Assembly: GCA_947629525.1 (NCBI GenBank)
Contig: CANREB010000005.1
Span: forward strand, 13,738 to 77,737
Reading direction: 5' to 3'
DNA: 64,000 bases
Source of the DNA: an uncultured Lachnospiraceae bacterium
GTDB lineage: Bacteria > Bacillota > Clostridia > Lachnospirales > Lachnospiraceae
This document shows, one piece after another, positions 27,461 to 36,587 of this stretch (within the stretch, counting starts at the first letter, position 1; each line of letters begins with the position of its first letter). The notes below the pieces were generated by a model. The model was given only the letters and a program-made list of their open reading frames with translations, ran no database searches and was not told where the DNA came from. Position numbers and translations under genes: made by a program.

Positions 27461-27979
27461 TTATGAATACAGGAAGCTGAATGATATAGCGTAGATAAAG
27501 TCTGAACCGAAGAGTTCCTGAATTCTTGACAGGATCTCAGCCCTGACCGTATCGGTGCTTGCTCTTACCTCATCCAGTGTGTAGTTACCCATTACACTGA
27601 ATATGATATCTTTGATAAGTCCTTCCTTTGACGCCATGTTCTCGGCATCACCGTAGCTCGCATATCCCTCGTTTGTAGTGTCCATTGAAAGCGATACGTT
27701 GCCGACCGCATAATGTGCTGTTCCGTCCTCGCCTGTCTTAAGAGGGATAGTAAGTTCTGTCGAGATATTGTAAACCGCCGTGTCCGCCATAGAAACCGCC
27801 GTATCTCTCTCAGATGTAGGAAGACCGTCTATCTCAAGCCCTATTACCGCCGAGATATCAGACACAAGCTGCGCCGTCTTTCTTGAGGCGCTTGAGACAC
27901 TGATCATCATTATGGCAGTCAACACTATGTTTACCACCAGCAGTGCCAAAATAATAATGGATAACAGATTACGTTTCAT
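27461..27979 (-). CDS. fliL: flagellar basal-body-associated protein FliL
   Basis: 172 aa with a single N-terminal TM segment. Position between motB and fliM. Confidence 0.7.
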   Translation of the reverse strand: MKRNLLSIIILALLVVNIVLTAIMMISVSSASRKTAQLVSDISAVIGLEIDGLPTSERDTAVSMADTAVYNISTELTIPLKTGEDGTAHYAVGNVSLSMDTTNEGYASYGDAENMASKEGLIKDIIFSVMGNYTLDEVRASTDTVRAEILSRIQELFGSDFIYAISFSFLYS

Positions 27980-28015
27980 TTTTTCCTCACATTCCGCCGT
28001 TTGCCCGGCTTTTCA

Positions 28016-28924
28016 TTAATAAGTGCTCAAAGAGTTATATATTTTTATCTCTACACGCCTGTTCTTGGCTCTGCCCTCGGGTGTAGAATTATCCGCTATA
28101 GGCACATATTCGCCCCTGCCCGAATGTTTCACAACGCTCGGGTCTATAGCCGAATGCTCGGTGATGTAGTCAAACACCGCAAGCGCCCTGTAGCTGCTAA
28201 GGACATCATTGTTCTCATAACGTCCGCCGTTTAACGGAACAGAGTCCGTATGTCCCTCTATCTCTATATCCGACTCAGCGTACTTGGTAAGTATCGTGCC
28301 TATCTTGTCAAGGACAGGTATCGCGTCGGATTTAAGATCAGCCTTGCCCGAGTCAAACAAAAATGCGCCGTCAAGTGTCATAAGCACATAATCGCCCGTA
28401 AACTCGACATCAACAATGTCTTCCATCATGCTCTCCGCAAGCGACTCTTCAATGCGCTCGGCAAGTTCCTCTGACAGTTCAAGCTTCTCCGCTTCAAGCT
28501 CCGCAAGCGACTCTTCAAGCTGCTGCACTTCTTCCTGTGACATGCCAAGCTGCTCCGCTATCTCACGCATCTGCTCGCTCAGCGACTCCTTGTCGGAAGT
28601 TGCCGAATATTCCTGCAGGTCATTGCTTGTACTCGTATCAGCCGACTTACCTGTGGAATTTATGTACTCGTCAAGCTGATTGAGCTGACTTACGCCCGCG
28701 CTTACAAGTATGCCGTCGCCGACTGCCTGTGCGCCGCCCTGAAATATACTGAAAGTTGACTGGAAGCTCTTTGCCACCTCGTCAAACTTAGCCGCATCCA
28801 CCGAAGACATAGAGAACAAAAGCACGAAGAAACACATCAGCAATGTCATCATGTCCGAGAAGGTACTCATCCAAGGCGCGGGGGTCCCGGGTGGGAGTTT
28901 GAACTCCTCTTTCTTTTTAGCCAT
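28016..28924 (-). CDS. motB: flagellar stator protein MotB (OmpA-like peptidoglycan-binding C-terminus)
   Basis: TM plug region WMSTFSDMMTLLMCFFVLL and OmpA-like end (GHTDSVP...NRRVEIKI). ATG 28922-28924 follows GGAGGTGA and overlaps the end of motA. Confidence 0.9.
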   Translation of the reverse strand: MAKKKEEFKLPPGTPAPWMSTFSDMMTLLMCFFVLLFSMSSVDAAKFDEVAKSFQSTFSIFQGGAQAVGDGILVSAGVSQLNQLDEYINSTGKSADTSTSNDLQEYSATSDKESLSEQMREIAEQLGMSQEEVQQLEESLAELEAEKLELSEELAERIEESLAESMMEDIVDVEFTGDYVLMTLDGAFLFDSGKADLKSDAIPVLDKIGTILTKYAESDIEIEGHTDSVPLNGGRYENNDVLSSYRALAVFDYITEHSAIDPSVVKHSGRGEYVPIADNSTPEGRAKNRRVEIKIYNSLSTY

Positions 28925-29726
28925 TAGCTTCACCTCCGCCAGCTCCTGCGCTCTCCTCTGAGCCTCTCTCGCTCGGAGCAAGGAACGACTTGAGCTTCTC
29001 CTCTATAACTCTCGGGTTCTCACCTGCCTGTATTGACAGAAGCCCTTCTATCATTATCGCCTTAGCCTGTATCTCTACGGCGTTGTTAGCCTGAAGCTTG
29101 TTGGAAGCGGGTGTGCATACCCAGTTGGCAAGCATCGAACCGTAGAATGTCGTGATAAGCGCAACACCCATCTTAGGACCGATAGATGAAGGATCCGACA
29201 TGTTGTTAAGCATACAGATAAGACCAACAAGCGTACCTATCATACCCCATGCAGGTCCCATCGCGCCAAGCGTGTCCCAAAAGCCTGACCTGAGCTTGTG
29301 GCGCTCCTCTATACTGTTAAGGTCTGTCTCCATAATAGCCCTTACAAGTTCCGGATCTGTACCGTCTACGATAAGCATTATGCCTTTTTTCATAAACTCG
29401 TCTTCAAGGTTTGTCGCCGCTTCTTCAAGCGAGAGCAAGCCTTCCTTTCGTGCGACGTTTGACAATTCGATTATCTTCTTTATCATCTCGGGCACATTCT
29501 CGCTCGTCCCTTTGAATATCAAGCCGATACTCTTCAAACCGCCTATGAAATTCGGCATGCTGACCGACGCCATGGTAGCGAACGCCGATCCTCCGAATGT
29601 GATAAGCGCTGAAGGCAGGTTAAGGAAATAAAACAAACCGCTCATACTGCCGCCGGCAGAATCGAACATACCGTAAACAACCAACACGAAGCATAAAAGT
29701 AATCCGACTAAAGAGGCTATATCCAT
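28917..29726 (-). CDS. motA: flagellar stator protein MotA
   Basis: 269 aa, four TM segments, MotA/TolQ/ExbB motif (GMIGTLVGLI...ALITTFYG). Confidence 0.92.
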   Translation of the reverse strand: MDIASLVGLLLCFVLVVYGMFDSAGGSMSGLFYFLNLPSALITFGGSAFATMASVSMPNFIGGLKSIGLIFKGTSENVPEMIKKIIELSNVARKEGLLSLEEAATNLEDEFMKKGIMLIVDGTDPELVRAIMETDLNSIEERHKLRSGFWDTLGAMGPAWGMIGTLVGLICMLNNMSDPSSIGPKMGVALITTFYGSMLANWVCTPASNKLQANNAVEIQAKAIMIEGLLSIQAGENPRVIEEKLKSFLAPSERGSEESAGAGGGEANG

Positions 29727-29790
29727 TTTCTTTACATCCTTTCAAATTTTGAACATACTCCACCTATGTCCATTTTATCTATACATATAT

Positions 29791-29819
29791 ATAATACTTT
29801 AAGGTTACATAAATTGCAA
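29791..29819 (-). promoter_or_regulatory. candidate internal sigma-A promoter upstream of motA
   Basis: Minus strand TTGCAA-17 nt-TATTAT in the 136-nt AT-rich flbD-motA spacer. Confidence 0.4.
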
Positions 29820-29862
29820 CAATTTTCTAAATAATTTCTTATTTTTATCATTTTATGGGCTA

Positions 29863-30093
29863 TTATTCGGTGTCGTTTACATTATTTGGAACAAGTTCAC
29901 CGCTAAACACTTCTTTAAAATATTCCTGCCTAGTCAATTTTACTAGATTTTTTATTGTCTGTCTACTTTCTTTTGCAATTATTTTTTTTCCTGTCGTCAG
30001 AGTTATGACTGTGTCGGGCGTCTCCTCGACCGACTCGATGAGATTTGAGTTGACTAATATTTTTGTGCCGTTTATCTTTGTTACTTCTATCAT
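29863..30093 (-). CDS. flbD: flagellar protein FlbD
   Basis: MIEVTKINGTKILVNSNLIESVEETPDTVITLTTGKK is the FlbD signature. ATG 30091-30093 follows AGGGA. Confidence 0.88.
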   Translation of the reverse strand: MIEVTKINGTKILVNSNLIESVEETPDTVITLTTGKKIIAKESRQTIKNLVKLTRQEYFKEVFSGELVPNNVNDTE

Positions 30094-30127
30094 ACTATCC
30101 CTCATTCCTTATCTGTCTGATTGCCGT

Positions 30128-30158
30128 AAAAAGCCCACACGTGTGTGTGGGCTTTTTT
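30128..30158 (-). terminator. intrinsic-terminator-like hairpin between flgE and flbD (intra-cluster attenuator or 3' stabiliser)
   Basis: GCCCACAC / GTGTGGGC stem with a 4-nt loop, T5 on the minus strand (and an A/T run on the other side), 16 nt after the flgE stop. Confidence 0.6.
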
Positions 30159-30173
30159 AGTTATGCTTTAATA

Positions 30174-32210
30174 TTATCTCTTAAGGTTTATCAGTTCTTC
30201 AAGCAGTGTATCGGAAACAGTGATCGTACGGCTGTTTGCCTGGAAACCTCTCTGTGTGGTGATCATCTCCGTGAACTCCTGTGAAAGGTCTACGTTACTC
30301 ATCTCGAGCACGCCGCTTGTCATATATCCCGTACCGCTTGCCGCGATATCAACTATGCTGACATCGCCTGAGCTTGCGCTCTGCGTATAGAGGTTATCGC
30401 CCGCGTTCTCAAGACCCATCGCGTTAGGGAATGTCGCTACCGCTACCTGTGCGATGTTCCTTGCCATACCGTTGCTGTACTGTACCTGTACGAGTCCGTC
30501 CGTACCGATGGAAACGCCTGTCATAGTACCTATCTTACGTCCGTCAGCTCTTAATCCCTCAAGTGTAGACTTCTTGTCGTTGTCTACGTTCTTTGTGCCT
30601 GACATGTCAACTGTGACATCTTCAAAATTGCCAAGTGTGTTAAGTCTGCTAAGACCAAGTGTAAAAGATGTCTCACCTGCCGCTCCTACATAAGAAAACG
30701 AACCGTCATCAGTATTATATACTAAATCATATGTTACATCGCCAAGGTTGGAAATATCAACTTCCGCACCATCCGAGTCTGTCATACCTAAAAGCGAAAT
30801 AGTATACTGCCCCTCAATGTAACCACCAGCGTCAATCTCCTCTGTGGTTATATACTGAGAAATAGTTGACTCAGTACCTATAGTAAGAAGCTGAATTAAT
30901 GCTGAATAATCAACTTTATCTGTAACATCTACATATGGCGTTCCCGCTTCTATCCTCCGTCTTGTCTGTACATTTCCTGACTCATCTGTATATGTTTGGG
31001 CTGTTATACGCAAGTTCGGAATGTTCTGAGGAGTAGTAATTGTAGGTAAAGTTTGCATTCCCAACGCAGTCAGAGTCTCTGCCGTCACGTTTACTACATC
31101 ATCTGTACTTGTACTTGTAGAATAATCCATATGTCCATCAAGTGATACTGTCAAGACGGCATCCTTAAGCTTACTACTGTCAATACCAGAAGATAATATT
31201 GCCGTTCCTACTGTAGTACCAGCACCAGTATCAGTAGCACTAGTAATAATATGTACCTCTATTGTATCATCATTCGGATTAGCCGCATCAGCCCCCGGAC
31301 TAGTTACAAATTTAATATAAACAGTATCCGACGATCCTAGCTTAGCCTGATGTGCCTGATTTACTGCTTGCTCAATAAGAGCATCCAAATCAGGCATATC
31401 TCCTTCTTTCCATGCAACAGTATCGCCTACAACTCCTCCCACATCTGCATATTTAAGACTATATGTCTTGTTTGAGTTGTCAACTGCATATAGCTGCTTA
31501 CCTGTGAAGTCATATATCGTCTCCATATTAGTAACATCTCTTGTTTTGGTACCCGGATTAGCTACAGGCTTAATACCAAACTTAAGATTGTACTCAAATC
31601 CTCTGCTGTCGTATGTCTGCAGGTTTACCTGTCTGCCGCTTGCCGTGAGAAGGTTGTCGTCGTACTTATCGATAATACCGTTAATATATGCGTTCGTCGT
31701 CGCCGCCGCGTCATATGTCTGATACTGATATACGTTGATAGGTGATACTGAACCGCTCTGGATAAGGGTCTCGCCGTCCATCTGCGTCCAGCCCATTACC
31801 GTGTAGCCTGTGTTCGCCATAACAAGATATCCCGCATCATCAACGTCGAACGATCCGTCTCTTGTATAATATGTGTTAGTACCGTCGCTTACTATAAAGA
31901 AAGCCTCGCCTGTAAGCTTAAGATCGAAAGGATTACCCGTTGACTGGCTCGCGCCTTCTGTCGTGATGGACGTATTGATAGCGCCCGTCTTAACGCCAAG
32001 ACCTATCTGCCTCGGGTTGATACCGCCCCGCTGAGTATCGGTATTTGCCGCCGAACCCGCCTGTGTCGTCTGATAAAGCATATCCGCGAAGTTAAGCCTC
32101 TTTGCCTTGAAACCTGTCGTATTAACGTTGGCAATATTGTTACCGATAACGTCCATTCTTGTCTGGTGTGACTTTAAGCCTGATACACCAGAGAAAAGTG
32201 ATCTCATCAT
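30174..32210 (-). CDS. flgE: flagellar hook protein FlgE (enlarged, 678 aa)
   Basis: N-terminus MMRSLFSGVSGLKSHQTRMDVIGNNIANVNTTGFK and C-terminus GVLEMSNVDLSQEFTEMITTQRGFQANSRTITVSD. Confidence 0.93.
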   Translation of the reverse strand: MMRSLFSGVSGLKSHQTRMDVIGNNIANVNTTGFKAKRLNFADMLYQTTQAGSAANTDTQRGGINPRQIGLGVKTGAINTSITTEGASQSTGNPFDLKLTGEAFFIVSDGTNTYYTRDGSFDVDDAGYLVMANTGYTVMGWTQMDGETLIQSGSVSPINVYQYQTYDAAATTNAYINGIIDKYDDNLLTASGRQVNLQTYDSRGFEYNLKFGIKPVANPGTKTRDVTNMETIYDFTGKQLYAVDNSNKTYSLKYADVGGVVGDTVAWKEGDMPDLDALIEQAVNQAHQAKLGSSDTVYIKFVTSPGADAANPNDDTIEVHIITSATDTGAGTTVGTAILSSGIDSSKLKDAVLTVSLDGHMDYSTSTSTDDVVNVTAETLTALGMQTLPTITTPQNIPNLRITAQTYTDESGNVQTRRRIEAGTPYVDVTDKVDYSALIQLLTIGTESTISQYITTEEIDAGGYIEGQYTISLLGMTDSDGAEVDISNLGDVTYDLVYNTDDGSFSYVGAAGETSFTLGLSRLNTLGNFEDVTVDMSGTKNVDNDKKSTLEGLRADGRKIGTMTGVSIGTDGLVQVQYSNGMARNIAQVAVATFPNAMGLENAGDNLYTQSASSGDVSIVDIAASGTGYMTSGVLEMSNVDLSQEFTEMITTQRGFQANSRTITVSDTLLEELINLKR

Positions 32211-32302
32211 AATTAAGTGACCTCCTAAAATCTTATAGATCCCACCGTGTTTTTATTTCCTCTGTCATTCGGAAATCATAAGCCTCCTGTAAGGTCCGGC
32301 TT

Positions 32303-32701
32303 TTACATTATCACGGCTCCGTCAATGTTAGTGAAAATGTTGTCATTAGTCTCTGTCTGATCCATCGCTGTTATTACCGTATTGTTCTTCGTGTTCACGA
32401 TAAAAGCAAGTCTGTCAACAAGCACAAGCGACTCCTTTATGCCTTTTGCCCCTGCTTTTTTCGCGCCGTCGTTTAGTCTCTCCAACTGCTGTGCGGTCAG
32501 CTCTATGTTTCTGTCGCTCAGTCTGTTTGACGCGTGTTTTGAAAATCTTACTTCTTCTGTCTGCTGTGCCTGATGTTTTTGAAGTATCTCCTCAAAACTT
32601 GTCTGTGCCTGAGCATTGCTGCCCTGATTGACTGTCTGCCTGTTCAGATACTGGTCGCGCAGCTTTTCAATTGAAAGAAACTGATTGCTGCTAACATTCA
32701 T
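32303..32701 (-). CDS. flagellar operon protein of the flgD-flgE interposed type (TIGR02530-like, from memory)
   Basis: 132 aa with the motif RFSKHASNRLSDRNIELT. Position exactly between flgD and flgE. Confidence 0.65.
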   Translation of the reverse strand: MNVSSNQFLSIEKLRDQYLNRQTVNQGSNAQAQTSFEEILQKHQAQQTEEVRFSKHASNRLSDRNIELTAQQLERLNDGAKKAGAKGIKESLVLVDRLAFIVNTKNNTVITAMDQTETNDNIFTNIDGAVIM

Positions 32702-32703
32702 GT

Positions 32704-33579
32704 TTAAACCTCCTTAGTATCCGTATCAGTATCGGTGTCCTCATCTGCGTCAGTGTCTTCGGTGTCGTCAGTTTCTTCAACGTTACCGCTGCCTGATGCG
32801 CCCGCAAGAGAATTGAGCTTGTCGAGTATGTCGTCCATCTTGCTGTTAAAGTCTTCGAGCAGATCGTCAAGCGTCGCGCTCTTGTTGCTGTCGGGATCGG
32901 GTTCTTCAAACTTGATGCCGTAAAGTTCAAGCGCATGAAGATATTCGCTGAACATTGCCAGTTCATCCGCCGCGTATGTCTGCATATACTGCTGCTGATA
33001 ATCCGTCATCGCGTAAAAGTCGTCGAACAGCTCTTTAAGAGTATTCTCGTAAGTCTCATCAATAAACTGTAAGCTTGGAAGTGCATGAAGCTTAGCGATC
33101 CATGTACTGTACTGATCATATGCCTCTGAATATTCATCGCTGATAACGCTGTCGAGATCGTCGATGCTGTACTGACCGCCGTCGATGACAAGAAGCGACT
33201 TGCCGTTCTCAACCTGCACGTATTCGACTTTACCGCGTTTGTATGTGACTTCTCCGGTAGATTCGCTTGTGACTTTCATTATTACTTCCTTGCCGACAAG
33301 GCTGTTAGCCCTTATCTGATCCATCGACCTGCTCATTTCCGTCATCTGCTGTACCTGTGTGAATGTCGCGTACTGCGATACCCATTCGGTATTGCTCGTC
33401 GGTTCAAGCGGATCCTGATTCTGCATCTCGGCTACAAGAAGTGTAAGGAACATATCGCTGTCTATGACATTGTTGTTTTTTGTCTTTGTGGTAAGCGAGT
33501 CGCTTGTGACAGTCTGTGTCTGAAGCTGCCACGAACCGTCGTCGCCCTGCACCATAGGCGCTACTATACCTGATGCCAT
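32704..33579 (-). CDS. flgD: flagellar hook assembly (capping) protein FlgD with a long C-terminal extension
   Basis: FLTLLVAEMQNQDPLEPTSNTEWVSQYATFTQVQQM motif. Acidic TD-repeat tail. Confidence 0.88.
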   Translation of the reverse strand: MASGIVAPMVQGDDGSWQLQTQTVTSDSLTTKTKNNNVIDSDMFLTLLVAEMQNQDPLEPTSNTEWVSQYATFTQVQQMTEMSRSMDQIRANSLVGKEVIMKVTSESTGEVTYKRGKVEYVQVENGKSLLVIDGGQYSIDDLDSVISDEYSEAYDQYSTWIAKLHALPSLQFIDETYENTLKELFDDFYAMTDYQQQYMQTYAADELAMFSEYLHALELYGIKFEEPDPDSNKSATLDDLLEDFNSKMDDILDKLNSLAGASGSGNVEETDDTEDTDADEDTDTDTDTKEV

Positions 33580-33603
33580 AATACCATCTCCTCTCTTAAA
33601 ATA

Positions 33604-35106
33604 TTATGCAAGCAGATCCATTGAACTGCCATTCATTGACATCATCTCCATCGCGATACGTGTCGCGTCGTCCGCTCCGCCCATCTCTCCGATAAGCTCC
33701 GCGTCGTCCTCGTATGAGTTGAAGTTGATGCTCTTTCTGTGTGCTCCCTGAGCACGGTTTGTTTCCTGTTCTTCAGCGCTGCGCTGTTCCTGACCGTTGT
33801 CGTCAAGGTTTCTCTCCATCTGATGGCTTGCAACAGATACTTCGATTGCCTCTATTTTGACGCCCTGTTCTTCCAGATTTTCGCGAAGCTGTACTGCCTG
33901 TGCTTCGATAGCGTTTCTGACTGCTTCATTCTGTGTTATAAACTCTGCCGTCACCACACCGCCCTTTGTAGTGAGCGATACGTTGACTGTACCGAGGCTT
34001 GCGGGATGAAGCTGCAGTTCCATTTCGGTGAGCTGCTCTGTCTTTACTATCCTTACCGAGTCCGCTATCTGTCTGATGATATCCTGAGTCGTCTCTGATA
34101 TGTAGCTTTCGGGTACTGCTTTTGCCGCCGCGGCGTCCACTGATGTCGTCTGGCTGTTTTGGCTGTCCTGCGCCATATTGCCCTGCTGGCTGTCAAAGTT
34201 CTTCGCGTCGTGATTTTCATGCTTTGTCTCGGAAGGTTTCTTTACCTCCACGAGTACATCGCCGTCATTCTGCTCTGCTGTTGTCTGCGTCTGTACGTCG
34301 GCTTCTTTATTCGGTGTTATTATCCTTTTGTCCTCAACCGTTACAACGGGTCCTTCCTCAACAGTGTCGTCAATGACTTCCTCCTGAGGCAGAGCGTTCT
34401 GCGTATCATCCGCAAAATCCTTAACAGGCATATCGTCAACGGTGATATCCGCGTCAACCTCATAGAGCTGCTGCAAAACTGCGTCAAACTCCTCCTGTGT
34501 AAGTCCTGTGTCCTCCATGATAGCGGCAACGGCTGTATTGACTGTCTCAACCATTTCCTGAAGCGTCGTGTACATGTTCTCATCAGCTACAAGGCTTATC
34601 GCGTCCTCTCCTGTTACGGCTGCCAAAAGCTGCGACATAACATCGGGGTTAAGAAGATCAAACGGCTGTATGCCTATGTTCTCCATTGCGGCAAGAAGTT
34701 CCTCGTCAGAGATGCCGAGAATTTTCTTAAGTTCCTCGAGAAGCTGTTTTACGGCTTCCTTTACTTCCTCGATGACTGCCTCGTCAGTAATGGTCTCTTC
34801 GGTCGCTGTGTCCTGTGCTGATACGTCTGCGGTCTGTGCTGTGTCGTTTTTTGTCTCTGTCTTTACTGCCTGCGTGTCTGCGGCTGTGTCAACAGGCGCT
34901 TTTGCCTTATCGGCGTTATCTGCCTTTTTTGCGCTGCCTGTCTGTACTTGGGTCTGTGCCGCGTTCTGCTGCTGTAAGCTTTTGCCCGCGCTGGTAAAAA
35001 CATCGCCGAAATTTTGGTTGATGTCGGTCTGCTTTGAGGTCTTGCCTGCAGGCATAGCGGCGACTGTCGGCGTAAAAACAGAGTTATTTACGGCTGCACT
35101 TGTCAT
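33604..35106 (-). CDS. fliK: flagellar hook-length control protein FliK
   Basis: C-terminal Flg_hook domain (ELQLHPASLGTVNVSLTTKGGVVTAEFITQNEAVRNAIE). Gln/Thr/Ala-rich ruler region. Confidence 0.85.
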   Translation of the reverse strand: MTSAAVNNSVFTPTVAAMPAGKTSKQTDINQNFGDVFTSAGKSLQQQNAAQTQVQTGSAKKADNADKAKAPVDTAADTQAVKTETKNDTAQTADVSAQDTATEETITDEAVIEEVKEAVKQLLEELKKILGISDEELLAAMENIGIQPFDLLNPDVMSQLLAAVTGEDAISLVADENMYTTLQEMVETVNTAVAAIMEDTGLTQEEFDAVLQQLYEVDADITVDDMPVKDFADDTQNALPQEEVIDDTVEEGPVVTVEDKRIITPNKEADVQTQTTAEQNDGDVLVEVKKPSETKHENHDAKNFDSQQGNMAQDSQNSQTTSVDAAAAKAVPESYISETTQDIIRQIADSVRIVKTEQLTEMELQLHPASLGTVNVSLTTKGGVVTAEFITQNEAVRNAIEAQAVQLRENLEEQGVKIEAIEVSVASHQMERNLDDNGQEQRSAEEQETNRAQGAHRKSINFNSYEDDAELIGEMGGADDATRIAMEMMSMNGSSMDLLA

Positions 35107-35193
35107 GGGTCATTCCTCCTCTCTTAAGTTTTCAAGGTACATACCTTAAATGATTTATAGTAATGCGGATTTGTGTCCGCCATTACACTAATT

Positions 35194-35220
35194 ATATCGG
35201 CATTCTGCGCGGTTTTGTTA
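35194..35220 (-). promoter_or_regulatory. sigma-D (sigma-28)-type promoter upstream of fliK
   Basis: Minus strand TAAC-15 nt-GCCGATAT, versus the Bacillus consensus TAAA-N15-GCCGATAT. The -35 element overlaps the ylxF stop codon. Confidence 0.5.
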
Positions 35221-36099
35221 AGAGTTGGGGTTCATAATTCTTGTAATTCTCGCCGCTACGGCGGGATCCATAGCGCCCATTATCTCACCGCGTGACTTCG
35301 CGTCAAGCTCCATAAGGATATTGGCTGCAAGATCAAGGTTATCCGTCATAGTATTGAATATTTTCGCCGCCTCGTCAGGTTCCATATTTTTGAATGTATT
35401 GGCGTAATCTTCGTATGTCTTGCTTACCTCTACATCCTGTACGACCTGTTTGTAAAGCGACTGCGCAAGTTCGGGATCCATTTCCTCATAATACTCGCGG
35501 TACTCCTCGGGTCCGGGTCCGTTCTCGGCATATACTACTTCCTGATAAAATCTGTCTTTTATCTCCTGAAATGCCGTCTGATTATCTTCAAATGTCTTAA
35601 GGCGCTCGACTTCCGCCTTGAGCGCGTCTATCTGCTCGGAATACGTGGTGTTGGTGTTCTGCGCCTGTTCAAGCTGTGCCTGTACGCGCTGCAGCTCATC
35701 GACCGCGTCGCGCAGACTGCTGTAACCGCCGTAAGCATCTTTGTCGCGCGTCGTCTCGGTAGTGTTCTCGGAAGGCAGTACCCTGTTGATGACAGGTATA
35801 TCCTGCAATATCGGTTTTAACACATTTGAACCAAATCCGCCCACATCCATCTTAATGAGCAGGACAATTATGCCAAGCCATATAATTACTATAAATATGG
35901 TCACTATAACAACAGAAGCGTTCGTTCCGTCTATCTGCTCGTCAAGCTCTCTCTCCTGATTTTCAAGCTCTTTTGCCCTCTTTTTTGCTTCTTTTTTCTG
36001 ATTTTTCTGCTCCTGCTTTAACTGCTTTTGATTTTCTTTAAGCTGTTTAAGCTGCATCTCCGGTGCATCAGGGCTTAAAGTTTCCGTTCTTCGTGCCAT
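35218..36099 (-). CDS. YlxF/MotE-like flagellar protein (MgtE-N-like domain)
   Basis: Lys/Gln-rich N-terminus, one TM segment, and a C-terminal MEPDEAAKIFNTM...AANILMELDAKSRGEIMGAMDPAVAARI pattern. Lies between fliJ and fliK, like B. subtilis ylxF. Confidence 0.7.
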   Translation of the reverse strand: MARRTETLSPDAPEMQLKQLKENQKQLKQEQKNQKKEAKKRAKELENQERELDEQIDGTNASVVIVTIFIVIIWLGIIVLLIKMDVGGFGSNVLKPILQDIPVINRVLPSENTTETTRDKDAYGGYSSLRDAVDELQRVQAQLEQAQNTNTTYSEQIDALKAEVERLKTFEDNQTAFQEIKDRFYQEVVYAENGPGPEEYREYYEEMDPELAQSLYKQVVQDVEVSKTYEDYANTFKNMEPDEAAKIFNTMTDNLDLAANILMELDAKSRGEIMGAMDPAVAARITRIMNPNS

Positions 36100-36115
36100 A
36101 ACTAATCTCCATTCT

Positions 36116-36571
36116 CTAATTTTGCTCCATCAGCTTCTGTCCATGCGTATATGTGGTAAGCTCGTCTATCGCTCTGCTCTCCGCGGCAAGTTCTTCTTTT
36201 ACGAAATCCTGAAAAGCGTTTTCTTTAAGCTTTTCATGCGCCTTGCGCTCCTGCATCAGCTCCTGAAGCGCGGCTCTTGCTCTCTCGACTTCCTTAGCTG
36301 CCTTGCTGACTTCTATCATCTGCAGGCGTATGTATTCCTCCGTCTGCATGATGGCAAGCTTGTTTTCACGTATCTTGCGCACGTCTATCATCTCCGTGCG
36401 CAGCTTCACGCCTTCTTCAAGGTAATAACGCCTTTTCTGCTGAAGTTCGCCAAGCTTCTGCTTTTCGTTTTCAAGTCTGATATTTGCCGCGGCAAATTCC
36501 TGCTTTGCCCTGTCTTCAAGCTTCTCCTTGATATCAAGAATACTCTGCATCTTATAGCGAAAAACCGCCAT
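36116..36571 (-). CDS. fliJ: flagellar export chaperone/stalk protein FliJ
   Basis: 151-aa coiled coil, FRYKMQSILDIKEKLEDRAKQEF. Position after fliI. Confidence 0.85.
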   Translation of the reverse strand: MAVFRYKMQSILDIKEKLEDRAKQEFAAANIRLENEKQKLGELQQKRRYYLEEGVKLRTEMIDVRKIRENKLAIMQTEEYIRLQMIEVSKAAKEVERARAALQELMQERKAHEKLKENAFQDFVKEELAAESRAIDELTTYTHGQKLMEQN

Positions 36572-36587
36572 TCAAATCCCCCGCCTT

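Noticed and set aside
32691-32966. A 91-aa minus-strand ORF overlapping the 3' part of flgD in another frame.
   Set aside because: It is nested out of frame in flgD, with no SD and a basic low-complexity translation. It is most simply explained by the acidic-repeat coding region read in the wrong frame.
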